From Vicugna vicugna (lineage: Eukaryota), in contig MU057781.1 of the NCBI GenBank assembly GCA_013265495.1, forward strand, positions 312,001 to 376,000: a stretch of DNA of 64,000 nt, read 5' to 3'. Positions within the stretch are counted from its first letter, which is position 1, and every line of letters begins with the position of its first letter. Positions 23,890-36,530 of the stretch are shown one piece after another. The notes beneath the pieces were generated by a model, which worked only from the letters and a program-made list of their open reading frames with translations, had not been told where the DNA came from and did no database searches. The translations under genes were made by a program, and so were the position numbers.

Positions 23890-25500
23890 GGGGGCAAGTG
23901 AGACACGTACCTGCAGTGCCCTGTTTCGTGTGTCCTATTTTCACACGTAACGCTGAGCGTGGCGGGAGTTTATCTGAGTGAACAGGGCGACATCAAGGCC
24001 TAACTTTTTTGACAAAAATTTAGCCACGCTCCCACACCTCACCGTGTGCGTGAGACGGAGCAGTCACAGTCTACACCACTTTAATTACTGGCACGCGGAG
24101 CGTTTTGACCTCTGCTTGGTCGCCGTGCTCCCTGCTTCTCATCTTCTGAATCAATGTCTCAGCCACATTCACCCTAGATCGACCCCGGAACATGCATTTT
24201 GCACAGAATGGCATATACTCACGTCACTCGCGCATTTTTCTCGGTTTTCCTTCTCAGGGGCCCAGCGTGTCTCCATCTGACTAAATACCTAAGTAAAGAG
24301 ACGGCAGGTTTACGTCACCCACCCCCCCGGCTTTTCTCAGATGCCCGGAACCGTGTTTCCCCATTACCCTCGTATATGGCATCATCCCCATTTTGTTTCT
24401 AGCTAGCAGGGAAATTATTCACTTTTATACTTTTATTATGCCACAATGTTATAATTTTTTATAACTTCTACGCATTTTTCAGGCAAATTCCCTGGGTTTT
24501 CCAGGAAGAAATTAGAACATCTGCAAATGGTTTGACTTTAGATTTTCCTTCCCAACACTTACATCTCTGGTCTTCTGTTTAACCTTGCTGACTGGCCGGA
24601 ATTCCCAGACCAAAAGGAGCAGAAGCCAATGCAACCATCCCTCCCAAAGGCCCCGCCTCTCCCCGCTGAAACACGAGGTGGTCACTTTAGATGATGGTGA
24701 GGGACTGTCTCCCACGAGACGTAACCAGGGCTTTGGAGTTTGATTTTATCAAGGACTGTCTCAGCATTTCTTATACAAAACTTCTATTTACACCATTGAG
24801 ATAGTACGTTACCTTTTGAAGCTAACTTAGATACAAACTTGTACCTTAGGATAAAATGCTTCAAGTTATAGTAGGAGAGTTACGGGCTGTTGTATGTTGC
24901 TTCTGTTTGTTTTGTTTGGGGATTTCATATCAACTCCTTGATTGTTTGCAGTATTTTTCCAGTGTTGACTTCATAGCTGCTTTCACCTCCTTTAGTGAAC
25001 TTGTGAGCTTTCCGTCTTCTCTGTACGTGGGTGGACTGTACAACATGAATAATCAGCTCCCTGAGATTTTAAAAGATTTTCTTTGTTTATAACCTGAACC
25101 GAGAGCATTTTTAGAGTTGATTATGCAGTAAATTTTTTAAATCAATTTTATCAATAGTTAATTTTTCAAGTGCTCTGTTTTTTATTACACTTTTGGGGAA
25201 AATTATCTTTCTCAGAAATGCTCCACACTTCTTCAATTTAATATCATTTCCTTCTGCAAAACATTCATGTTCCTAAAAAAGGAAAACCCACTCAGACCCT
25301 GTCATCACATCTTCTCCCTCATTTCCAATTTTACCATCTTTCTTTTTCCTGTAATAAAATGTGTCTTTAAGTCATTTTAAAATATTGGATTTATTTAATT
25401 ATTTCAAGTTTGAATTCATCTAAATTATTAATTTCTACCTTTATTTTTATTAATCTATTCCTCCCAATTTCTTAGACTCTTGAGTTCAATGCATACATCA
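23890..25500 (-). mobile_element. Highly decayed ancient L1 (L1ME-like) fragments
   Basis: T-rich blocks with L1 antisense-like phrases (TTCCCTGGGTTTTCCAGG...CATCTGCAAATGG). Patchy. Confidence 0.45.
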
Positions 25501-25884
25501 AAGTGTACATCAAATATAAAATTATGATTTTTATCAAGTTAAAAATATAAGAACACAACAAGTTAAACCAGTGTGATACAATCAAAGCAGTTCTTACAAT
25601 AAATAACATTTAAACTTGACTTTGAAAATCACAGTTTTATCCATTTTTGTGCCCCTTCCTGTTGGTGCTTCATCATCCAGAAACGTGATTCGGCTCCTCC
25701 GTGGTGACCCTGCTTCCTTCGTGTTCTATTGTCACTAATTTTTTTTTTAACTCAGTGAAACTTGGAAGCAAGGTATCCTTTCTGATCATGAGATTAAAAG
25801 TTTGGAAAATCTAATGATAATCGCTGCCCTCATTAGCATATTCCGGTAACAAACTTCTAGAATCCCAAGTGCCGTCAAGGTGCT

Positions 25885-26040
25885 CTGCACGCGCTCCCGT
25901 GTTTAACTGCCTTTGCACGTCAGCCCCTGAAGGTGGGCTGCTTCTTGCACACGTCTTAAGTGAGAAAGGGAGACTCAGACCCCAGGTGACGCGTCTCAGG
26001 TCTTACTGTCGGGGCCCAGGGAGCTCAAGTCCGAGTCCAG
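25885..26040 (-). mobile_element. MIR fragment
   Basis: CAGCCCCTGAAGGTGGG...AAGTGAGAAAGGGAGACTCAGA...GAGCTCAAGTCCGAGTC follows the antisense MIR layout. Confidence 0.5.
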
Positions 26041-26510
26041 CGTCAGAGCTGTCTGTGGCATCACGTTACAGGCCGTCTGAATTACGTCCGTTCAAGTTGC
26101 AAAGATGTTTATTTTTGTCACCTTCATTTCTCCACAACCCAATAGGGTGTTTTTTTTTTCATCTCCAGTTTATCTGAAGCATGTTCCTCTGTGTTTGCAC
26201 CACACTCTGTGATTTGGCGCAGACCACGTCCGCCTGTGACAGCAGGTGCAGGTGGCCCGCGGGCACCCCACGCCTCCCTGAGTGCGCGCAGCTGAAGGGG
26301 GTGGCTTCCTGGGCGTCTGCGGCCCGCGTTGGGAGCTGAAGCCACGAAGGCAGCTCCGCCACCCGCGGGACCCCTGGGAGCAGGCTCGGTGGCGTCCATC
26401 CACGGGGACGGCCCGCAGCCAGCCGGGCAGAGCTGACCAGCACCCCCAGTCACACACGGGGGGGCCCAGCTCCCCCGAGGGCCCCACCGCCACGGCTTGT
26501 CCGTGTCCCC

Positions 26511-26989
26511 CGTGATGGTGAATTTTATGTGTCGGCCTGACTGGGCCTCTGGTGCCCGAAGACTTGGCTAGTATTCCTGAGTGTGTGTGAAGGCGTTTCT
26601 GGAAGAGACGAGACCGAATGACGCCCACGGCCCTCCCCAGGGTGGGCGGGGCTCAGCCGGCCCGCCCAGCCGACGTGTGCCCAGGCGGTGCGGGAGGGGG
26701 ACTCTCTGAGCTGGGACTGGGGCTGCTCCCCCTCCGGCCGACACTCCCACCTCAGGCTTTCTGCTCTCAGAGGGGCACCACCAGCTGTCTCGGGGCTCCA
26801 GCTTGCAGACAGCTGACTGCGAGGCCTCCAGCCTCCATGATCACGTGAGCCGATGTCTTATAAGTCTCTTTAGACAGATTGATAGAGAGAGAGAGATGGA
26901 TAGACAGATGGACAGATGGATGGACAGACAGACAGACAGACATGCAGACATCCTCTCGGCTCTGCTACTGTGGAGGTCCCTGATGCACA
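26511..26989 (+). mobile_element. MLT2 (ERVL) solo LTR with internal (GATA/GACA)n tract
   Basis: Start GTGATGGTGAATTTTATGTGTCGGCCTGACTGGGC; CAGCCTCCATGATCACGTGAGCCGAT; end CTGTGGAGGTCCCTGATGCACA; tetranucleotide tract at about 26873-26945. Confidence 0.85.
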
Positions 26990-27121
26990 CCCTGTACCCA
27001 CCCTGTCACCCCCGTTCTCCTTCTCCCCCAGCCTCACGTTGTTCAGCATCGTATCTCAGACCAGCCACTCACAGCCAAGCCCTTATCTCAGGCTCGGTTC
27101 GGGGGAACACAAACTAAGACA
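26990..27121 (+). mobile_element. 3' end of an LTR16-family ERVL LTR (its 5' part is probably upstream of the MLT2)
   Basis: CCCTTATCTCAGGCTCGGTTCGGGGGAACACAAACTAAGACA resembles the terminus of LTR16/LTR40-type LTRs. Confidence 0.55.
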
Positions 27122-28094
27122 ACTCTAACGGCAGGTAACCATTTACCAAAATGAAACGTGCCCCTTATCCTGCTTCATGTCGTCAGCCTTGACATCTTCC
27201 TTGTCTAACACCAGACTGCCCACGCTTTCCCCCAGAGAACAAAGACCTAAAACACAAACAATTGCCTTTCAAAATCCTTATTCTCTAATTTTTTTTCTCC
27301 TGTAACCTCGCTGAGTTGATTCAGTTTTGTAACCTCGTGGTTGGAAAGGGCCCCCCAGGTTTATCCTGAGTGTCGAGGGGCTCATTCCAGCTCCAGACGT
27401 CTCATTTGTGCTGCCTGCTCTCTGACGTCTTGTTTTTGTTTTTTGATGGTTATACACAGATGTTCATTTTATTATATTCCTTGAAATTCTATGTATCACA
27501 CATACACTGTTTTATATATATATATAAATGACTATGAGTGAGTTTTTTTGGACCTCTTTTTTTCCTCAAAGCAAGACTTAATTTTTTTTACCATTAAAGT
27601 GTCATCAGTTGACAATGCCACGTCGAGCTCTGGTGTATAGCACCGTGTCTGTCACACCCACACACGTGTATTCCTTTTCACTGACTTTCCATTTTTACTT
27701 TGCATTTGCCGTCATCTCTTTTAATGCTTTCATAAGACCAAAGGGACAAGGAATTCCAGGTAGCGTATGGACCTGCCCCGTCACACAACAAGAATGGCTA
27801 CAGAGTTCCCACATTCAGGCAGCATGTTAGTGGTGACATTACAGCTGAACATGGAGGACCAGAGTGGGCTCCGTCTGTGAAAGGTGGCATATGGGTGCTG
27901 AAAGGTAACATAGTGTCCTTCTGATTGTCTGCTTTTCTGGTGACATAAAAACAAATTCTGAGCAAAGTCTAGACACAAAACAGTGATGGAGGAGCATGAA
28001 GGCGAGTTTATCTAGGGAGGTTGGTGGGGAATTCTGAGAGGAGAGTGGTCAGAACAATTGAATGCTTATTGCTAAGGTGTGGGGAGGGGAGGTC

Positions 28095-28636
28095 AGTGAC
28101 GGTTAGTTATATGTGTCAACTTGGCTAGGCCACAGGGTGCCCAGATATTTGGGCATTACACATTATTAACATCATTCTGGGTGTATCTGTGAGACTATTT
28201 CTGGATGAAGTTAACATTTGACTGAACGGACTGAATGGAGCAGACTGCCCTCCCCAGTGTGGTGGGCCTCACCCGATCAGTTGGTGGCCTGAATAGAACA
28301 AAAAGCTGACCGGCCAAAAACCAGAGAACACGTGCTCCTGCCTGACCGCCTTCCACCTGGGATGTTGGTCTTTCTCCTGCTTCGACTTGGACTGAAGCAC
28401 TGGCTCTTCCTGGGTCCCAAGGCTGTTGGAATTCAGGCGGGAGCTCCCTCGCCGGCTCTCCTTCAGACCTTCAGACTCAGACAGGAACTAAACCATGGGC
28501 CCCCTTGGGTCTTGAGTTTGCAGACTCACCTGCAGATCTTGGGACTTGTCAGCCTCCCTAATCAGGGGAGCCAATTCATTATAAAATGTATCTGTACACA
28601 TACACCTCCTGCTTCTCTGTAGAACCCTGACTGACA
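28095..28636 (+). mobile_element. MLT2 (MLT2C/D-like) solo LTR
   Basis: GTGACGGTTAGTTATATGTGTCAACTTGGCTAGGCCACAGGGTGCCCAGATATTTGG...GGCCTGAATAGAACAAAAAG...CTCTGTAGAACCCTGACTGACA. Confidence 0.88.
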
Positions 28637-29977
28637 GGGGGAAGAATCTACCATGGGAGACGGAAGGTTCCAGAAACAAGAGGCCACGGTGTACAGTGCT
28701 GATGTCAAGGTTGCTGAGATGGACGGACTCACAGTGGAAGCAGCAGAGGCAGTTGTCTGGGCGATGGCTGGGGTATCAAGAGATGGAGGTGGTGGAGCCG
28801 TGTGACAGGCAAGTTAGAGGGAGGCAGAGGCGTCAAAGGAGCTAAGGCTCTGGCAGGAGATGGTCTGGAAGGTCCACTGGGAAGCAAGCAGGCCGGGAGC
28901 CCCCCTAGGCCTGCGTGATGTGAGCTGGGCCAGGACAACGGCCGCCACGGCCGGCCAGGGCTCAGTGAGAGCAGGCGGATGAAGAGGACCGTCAGAACCA
29001 GCCCAGCGGGTCCAAGGGAGTGTCCCCAGGGGAGTGTCCCCCGGAAGGCTTTGGGGGAGGTTGGGAGTCAGATCTGGGAGGGTCTCAGCAGAGCGAGCCA
29101 GTGGGCAGGGGCTGCCCCCAGCAGTGGGGGTGGATGCAGGGACCCAGGCAGCTTCCAGCACAGCCACAGGCGCCAGGGAAGTTTATGCCCCCCCAAGAGT
29201 CAGTTAATGACCTATGCTCTCAGTTTCCAATCCTGTTAAGATTGAATGCCCCCTAAACCGAGAGCTTAGCACTTTCCAATAGGATGGTAATAGCAGGTAA
29301 CTGCGTGTTTATACACATGTTTATGTAAGGAGCTTAGCAGCAGCATGTCTGTCAAAATCACAACTTTGAAAAACAAAATTTATACCCTTAAAGCCGCTTT
29401 TACAATTCCGTTATCAACCTGCATACTTCTTTATTTCCTCCAGCCCGTTCTCATGCTGAACTTGAGAAATCACAAGTGTTTTAATAAAATTTGGTTTGAA
29501 CCCCCTTGTATTTCATTATGTGAAAATAGGTTTCTAGCTGCCTGTCCTAATTAAAGGAATGACACTATTAAGTGGATGTCTTTTGAGCAAATCCAACGGT
29601 ATTACCTGTGGCTGACCCCACACGGATATAACCAAAATACGTCGTTCTGTACAAAAGTTGATAGTTCAAAGTCATTCAAATGCCAATTATGCACCTGTTT
29701 GGCTCATTTCTCGTAATTTGATGTAGCATTAGATTTGCTGTTCTTCGTTTAGAACCTATTAAACCTGATAAAATTGAAATATGAGCTCTCTAGGTCGTAA
29801 ATGAACAGAAGCTGCTCTCAGACAAATGAAACGCTCAGAACAGAAATATTTACTGCGCCTGAGTGAGAGGTTTTCCTAAAAGTGCTCAAGCTGGAGGCAC
29901 TGCTCTTTGCAGCACAGATCACCCAGGGCTGCGAGGCGCTGTGTGTCCTGTGCGCTCTGTGAGAGATGGTGGTTCTT

Positions 29978-30893
29978 TTTTGTTTGTTTGTTTTTAATTT
30001 GCATTATTTTTAATTGAATATAGTCAGTTTACAGTGTTGTGTCCATTTCTGGTGCGCAGCATCACGTGTCAGTCATACACGCACACACATGTGTTCCTGT
30101 CCATTTTCTTTTTCATCGTAAGTTACTACAAGACATGGAATACAGGTCCCCGTGCTGTGCAGAAGAAACCTGTTGTTCACCTACTTTATACGTAGTAGTT
30201 AGTGTCTGCAAATCTTGACCTCCCAATTTATCCCTTCCCACCCCCTTTACCCTCTTAGTAACCATAAGTTTCTTCTCTATGTGAGTCTGTTTCTCTTTTG
30301 TAAATAAGTTCATTTGTGTCTTTTTTTTAGATTTCACATATAAATCATATTATATGGTATTTTTTTTCTCTTTCTGGCTTACTTCACTTAGAATGATGAT
30401 CTCCAGGCCCATCCATGTTGCTGCAAATGACATTATTTTATTATTTTTATGGCTGAGTAGTATTCCATTGTACAAATATACCACATCTTCTTTATCCAGT
30501 CATCTGCTGATGGACATTTAGGTTGCTTCCATGTCTGGCTATTGTAAATAGTGCTGCTATGAACATTGGGGTGCAGGTGTCTTTTCAAATTAGAGTTTTA
30601 CTTGGATATATATGCCCAGGAGTGGGACTGCTGGATCACATGGTAAGTCTATTTTCAGTTTTTTAAGGAACCTTCATACCGTCCTCCATAGTGGCTGCAC
30701 CAAAATACACTCCCCCCAGCAGTGTGGGAGGGTTCCCTTTTCTCCACAGCCTCTCCAGCATTTATCGTTTGTGGACTTTTGAATGATGGCCATTCTGACT
30801 GGTGTGAGGTGACACCTCATTGTAGTTTTGATTTGCATTCTCTGGTAATTAGCGGTGATGAGCGTCTTTTCAGGTGCCTAATGGCCATCTGGA
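29978..30893 (-). mobile_element. Camelid-type L1 3' end, 5'-truncated, with TSD
   Basis: T-tail, then ATTGAATATAGTCAGTTTACAGTGTTGTG...CTCATTGTAGTTTTGATTTGCAT. TSD GAGAGATGGTGGTTCTT (29961-29977) versus GAAAGGTGGTGGTTCTT (30894-30910). Confidence 0.92.
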
Positions 30894-31929
30894 GAAAGGT
30901 GGTGGTTCTTGACAGCAGGTGATACACAGAGTTTTCACCCCAAACTCTGCAAAGCTGCAATGCCCGGGGACCTCTCAGCATCGTCAGGGTGGAGGCAGAG
31001 TTTATCAGCGCCATCTGAGGGGCAGGAGGGAAACTGTTTAGTGAAGCTTCTCCCGCCCAGCGTGCCCTGCCCTGAGGCTTCTGGACCCTGAGCGCTGCCT
31101 CCTCTTTGCTCCTTTGGGGAAGTGGGGCATTTTCCTCACAGAAAAGCTGCGAGGTGTGCTCCTAGGGGAGACCTTGTCTAAGAGTGGGGGCGGGGACAGG
31201 ATGAGGAGGGCCCGCTGGAGAGGAGCAGAGAAGCAAGAAGCCGTCTTCATTCGCCAGCACCCTCTTGTAGCCCCGCTGTGTGCAGAGGGTCCTGAAACCA
31301 GGAGCCAGGGGCTGCCCAGCGAGACCTCCAGCGCGGGGCGGGGGGCCTGCGAGGGCCTGTGGGGAGTCTGAGCCCAGGCCCGGCACGCAGCAGAGAGGAG
31401 GTGCCCCCTACACCCCGGGAGCCCAGGGGGCTAGTGGAGAGACAAGGTGTGGGGGTTCAGGGATGGGGGAGCCTGGGTTGGTCACATGGACAGCTTTCCC
31501 CCCAGGACTGATGCAGGGAGGAGGAGGAGGTAAAAACAGGAGATGAGCATATGGAGGGGCTGCCTGGTGGGCTGGACTCCAGGGACTGCCCTCCTGGAGT
31601 GGGGAGGAGGGACAAGGGAGCAATCCCCTCCTCGCCTCTGGCCCCAGTGACCAAGGCTTCCCAATTTTTCCAGGACTCTCTGGTGCCAACACAGAAAGTC
31701 CTGGGTCCCTGGAACCCCTCAGTCACCAGGGAAGGGGGTCGCCTACCCGACCCCAGCTGGGAGCAGAGGGCAGGGGGCTAGGGAGGCACTTAGCACCCGG
31801 GCCAGGGGGAGGGGGCCGAGGCGAAGTGGAGGCACCCCCTGAATTACTTTATGTTCTGAGGAAACATTCCAAACACACTGCCAGAAACAAAGATCAACAA
31901 CACACACACACACCACCCAGACGTACAGA

Positions 31930-32500
31930 CTCAACACTGCGTCACCCTGTGTTCGGTCTATGCATCACCCAATGACGCATTCTCTGCGTTGCTGAAGCCG
32001 CCCGTGTACCCGTCGTCCGTTCCCAGAAGCAGCAGCTGTGCCGAAATCAGTGTCAGTCCTGACCTACCTGTTAGAGGCTTATAATAAGGAACGCGCATTC
32101 AGAAGCCATAGAGTAGTTTTGGATTTTTTTAAACCCTATGTTTTGTAACAAGTAGAACATTCAGAAACTTTTTCCTACTCAGGACTGTTTTGGAGAATTC
32201 AGCGTGTGGTAGACTTAGATCAGCACCATTCACTTTATCTGCAAGTCCACCGTGGGAAGGTAACGGGATGAACGCATCCTTTCCACGCTGTGGGTCACTT
32301 AACCGGCTCTTTGCCACAGTATAAGTCCAGTACTCATGTCCGTGTGTATCCGCGCCGGAGGTGCTCCAAGAACTGCTTACAGCGGGACTGACTGGCCGTG
32401 CGGGCACCTGCACCACGGGCCACACCCCCACGGGAATGAGGCCCGGGTACCATCGTGGCTTTCTCCTTTTCCAGAAGATGAATATAAAATGATATCTCAG
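31930..32500 (-). mobile_element. Ancient L1ME-like 3'UTR fragment
   Basis: Degenerate antisense L1 3'UTR layout (ACTTTTTCCTACTCAGGACTGTTTTGGAGAATTCAGC...GGGTCACTTAACCGGCTCTTTGCC). Confidence 0.45.
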
Positions 32501-32953
32501 TGTATTTCAGTCTGCTACCATTTAATTGCATCTTACATTTTATTTTGAAGTAATTTCAGACTTAAAGTTGGCAAATCACTACAAAGAATTCATTCGTTTT
32601 CATTCAGATTCCCCAAAATGTTACATTTTATCACATCGACTTCCTCACTCTGTGTCTCATGAATATTTTTTTCCCAACCATTTGAGAGTAAGTTTTTAAA
32701 TAATGCTCTTTACCCACAAATGCCTCAGGACAGATTTCCTAAAACCAAAGGGTGTCACCTTACGTAACCACAGCACAATTATCAAAAACAGGGCACCAAT
32801 GCGGTCCAGGTGTCTGACCCACAGGTCGCATTCCAAATTTGCCAGGGGTCACACTAATGGCGTTTGTGGAGAAAGAAGAAATGTCTGGAACACGGTCCTG
32901 CACGCGCTGTGCGGCCTTTCTCTTAGCCCTTCTTCGTTCTTCGTGACCCTGAT

Positions 32954-33177
32954 CGCTTCTTCCTGAAGTACAACTGCTTTGCAGCATTGTGGTAGTTTCA
33001 GGTGCACAGCCAAGCAACTCAGTTACGCATACATATGTATATATTCCTTTTCAGGTTCCCTTCCGTTGCAGGATGTCACAAGGTGTGACTATGGCTCCCT
33101 GCGCTGCGCAGTGGGGCCTTCTCATCTATTTTATACACAGTGGTGTGTGTCTGTTGATCCTACACTCCTAATTTAAT
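32954..33177 (-). mobile_element. Short cetartiodactyl-type L1 3' end
   Basis: TGAAGTACAACTGCTTTGCAGCATTGTGGTAGTTTCAGGTGCACAGC...ATCTATTTTATACACAGTGGTGTG...CTCCTAATTTA; same family as 10693-11038. Confidence 0.82.
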
Positions 33178-33386
33178 CATTTGATTTTTTTTCTTGTTCA
33201 CCAAATTTATTTTTGACCACTCAGAACACCAGATTGTGACATCAGAAAGAAAGCGCCAAAAGTTTCTGCACATGAACACCTGAACGAGTGACCGCACGCA
33301 CAGGACACTCGCCGTCTCTGCCGAAGGCCGCCCGCGTCTCCGTGCGCTCAGAACCTCTTGTGCATTTTTCAGTTTCAGTTTTGAAA
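33178..33386 (-). pseudogene. Putative retrocopy of an unidentified polyadenylated RNA 3' end
   Basis: The minus strand ends ...CTGAGTGGTCAAAAATAAATTTGGTGAACAAGAAAAAAAATC, an AATAAA followed by a short A run. It resembles neither the flanking L1MC nor the adjacent L1 3'UTR. Confidence 0.45.
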
Positions 33387-34162
33387 GTAACCTTGATGCC
33401 TCTGAAAAGCGCAGGCCGAGATGAACCTCGCTAGGTTTGGTTTGTCTACTCTATCTTCGTGGTTCGACTCAGGTGACACATTTTTGTCAGAAACAGCACA
33501 CAAGCGACGTGAGTCCTCGGCACATCACGTCAGGCGGCACGTGGCACCGGCTCATCCCCTGGCGGGCGGCGTGACCTCCGCTCCCTTGAGAAGGGTGGTG
33601 CCCGCCAGTCTCCTCCGCGGCAAAGTGACTGCTTTCCCTCTGTGACTGTGAGTGCTCTGTGGGGCACCGAGAGCTCTCTGTTCCTTCGTCCGGCTCTTAC
33701 CCAGGACTTGTAACATCCGTTGGTGCCCTCTGCCTGAAGTGATCGCTGACGTGACGGATGATACATAACGATTTTCTAGGTCCGACACTTCTGAGTCCGT
33801 GGGATTCACGGGAAGGAAGGGAAGGAGCTTCTCTGCTCCCCTCGTGTGCGTGTGCACGTGTGAGTGTGAGAAAGATCTGTGATTTCACGGATTCTCATCT
33901 TTTCTATAGCTTACAACCGATACGGTCATCATGTATTCTGACGCCCATGGTTCTGTATCTGGCCAGTGGGAGTCCCTCTGAGCCGCCTCGTGTGTCCCGC
34001 GCTGACCCCTGTGTCCTTCTGACACGTCAGGTTGCTCTGGGCACCTTCTTGCTTTCTGTCCCAGAACGATCCTCCAGGATCAGTGTGTTCCTGCCCAGCC
34101 CAGGTCTAACTGATACAGTTCTCCAGAATCAGTCTTCCCGGCTGTTCTGGTGGAGAGTCATA

Positions 34163-34163
<1 letters not shown>

Positions 34164-34194
<31 letters not shown>
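34164..34194. repeat. (AC)n microsatellite, about 15 units
   Basis: Perfect AC run. Confidence 0.97.
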
Positions 34195-34195
<1 letters not shown>

Positions 34196-34589
34196 CGCAG
34201 CTGTGACCGCCCCACCTGCAGGCCATCCGACATGAATTCACACTGGCTCCTCCAGCTCACGTCCAGCCCCACAGGGCTCACTCCAGCTCCTTCCTGCTTC
34301 TCCACCTGTAAGCAAGCTTGCTTCCGCCATCCACAATGGAGTTATCCGTTTGCTCCATTCCTCAAAACACACTCAGTTCTTCTGGAATGGCCGCAAATAC
34401 CAGTGGATTTGTTTCTAGTTTTTTTTGTCTTCAGCCTGAGGGTAAGATGTCAAAACACCGCATTCAAGGGTCACTTGAGATGGGTCCCCCTCTCTGGGGT
34501 GGTTGAGTTGAAAAGCTGGGATCCCACTCAGACCACTTGTGGCTGCTTACTGACCCGTTTCGGTGGGTGAGTGGTGGCGTCACTGGTCT

Positions 34590-36530
34590 GTATTAATTAA
34601 GAACTCGTGTTCACTCACCCTCGCCTGGTGAGGAAGGGTGACGAGCAGCTTCGTGTGCTTGCTGGCCATTTGTAATGTGTGTCTTTTCAAGCTTTTTCCC
34701 CCGATTGTCATCAGTTTGTTTTAATTTTAACTCTTGTTGTAAGAATTATCTGAAGGTCCAGACAAGCCCTTTATCAGGCATGTTCCGAAATACTCTCCTG
34801 GTTTGTGGCTTCATTGTCCTCACCAGACTATTTTGAATAGAAGGGTTTTAATTGTAACGACGCCCAATGCAGCAGTTTCTCTTGCATTTCGGGTTTATGC
34901 TTTTTGTAGCCAGTATCCGAAATCTCTGCCGAACCCCAAAGTCACAGACATTTTTCCTATATTAAACCTGAAACTTCAATTTCATATGAAAATACAAAAA
35001 CTTCAAGAAGTTTTCATTTATGTCTATGATCCATTTTGAGTTAAACGGAGTCAGGTAAGCACTGAGATTCCATTTTTATACGGATATTCAATTTTTCAAG
35101 AGTATTTGTTGAAAAGAATATTCTTTCCCAATTGAATTACCTTGACAGCTTTCTTGAAAATCATTTAGCCAGAGAGCGCGGCGCTGCTCCCGGAGCGCTC
35201 CCCGTCCTGCTTTCCGCAGGTCGATCCTTATGCTGATACCGCACGACACTGATGACTAAAGCTTCATGGTATGTTTTTATTTCTGCCGCTGTGACTCCTC
35301 GCATTTGTTCTTCTCCAGAATCACTTTGGCTCTTCTAGGTCCCTCCCATTCCCGGGTAAGTTTTAGAATCAGCTGAGCGACCCCATGCCGGGATGACAAG
35401 GCCTCCCGACCTGGGTGGTGGGGACTGCCTGCAGCCTGTGTTGACGCCAGGAGCTGCCTTCTGGGGGCTCCTTCTCCACCCTGGGGACTTGGTCCGTGAG
35501 GGGCCGATCAGGACTGAGGCCGAGGCTCGGGGGTCCTGCCCCCATCTCTGAAGCTCTCCTTCCCTTGCAGGTCCTCCCTCCCCGCGCTCTGACCTCAAGA
35601 TCCAGCTGCGCCCACCTCCATCAGCCCCCACCCCGTGTCCTCCAGCCACTGAGACCACTGCGTCTCTCCAGACAACCCCTGCCCTGCAGCTTGGAGGCCC
35701 AGCGGTCCCGCCCTGCACCACATGCCGCCCAGTGTCTGGAGACAGGGGTCTCGCACAGGCTGTCCGGTTTCCCAGCTGTTACACGGGGACTGTGACCCCC
35801 GGAGCCCCGTTCTCCCTGGGTGGAAGCAGGCCCCCGCCCACTGAGGTCTGACCTGGCACTTTCTAACGGCAAGTGGGATGGGACAGCTCTGTTCTCTTTC
35901 ATCGTCTTTTCAGGTTTCATCTGCTCTAAATGTTCTGTTTGCATCTTTGCTCAATTGTGTATTCAGTTACTTCCATTTTCCTCATTAATTTGTGGAAGTC
36001 CATTATCTGTCTTAGTCTCAACTCTCTGTCAGCCACGTGCATCGCACACACCCACCCCTGTTGTAACTGCGTTGTTGACTATGATTAAGGGCCTTTTTGT
36101 TTCTTTTGAAAAGTTTGCCTTTCTTTACCTTTTGTGGACTTGTTCTATTTCATTTTGCTCCGTTTTCAGGGAAGGAGGCAGAGAGGAAGGCGGTGAGAGG
36201 CACTGATCTTGTCCTGGATTGTCTGTCATGATGTCATCAAGACGTGCCACCTTATGGCCACCCGAATTGTAATCATTTGTTCTGCACATTTAGAGCTTAA
36301 TGACTTTTTTCATCTGTATTGAGTGAAATAAGATCCACCTCTGTTATCAGGGTAACCAACTGTCCCAGCCCCACTTATTAAATAACCCTTTCTTTACTGT
36401 CCTGATTTTTTAATACCAAGTTCTCATAAAAACATAGGTCAGTCTCTTAGCAATAAAATGTGCTTCATCCATTAGTGTATTTGTTCTCATTCTGTTTATT
36501 CCTGTGGCTCCAGAATAAAGCCTGACCCCC
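34590..36530 (-). mobile_element. Ancient L1 fragments (about 34590-35380 and 35870-36530)
   Basis: TCTATGATCCATTTTGAGTTAA, TATTTGTTGAAAAGA...TTCCCCAATTGAATT and AACTGTCCCAGCCCCACTTATTAAATAA are L1 ORF2 antisense motifs. Confidence 0.65.

Larger units (their letters stand above)
32530..34420 (-). mobile_element. L1MC4/L1MC5-like 3'UTR, interrupted at 32954-33386
   Basis: TTTTATTTTGAAGTAATTTCAGACTTA start. It resumes after the insertion with AACCTTGATGCCTCTGAAAAGCGCAGGCC...TTTGGTTTGTCT...GACTCAGGTGACACATTTTTG. Confidence 0.75.

Noticed and set aside
26511..28636. Two same-orientation MLT2 LTRs as a single provirus
   Set aside because: The LTRs differ substantially and no gag/pol-like sequence lies between them.
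33200..33390. U3 snoRNA retrocopy (minus strand has CTGAGTGGT and ACTTTCA)
   Set aside because: Only short scattered matches; the AATAAA plus A run fits an mRNA end better. An Rfam search would settle it.
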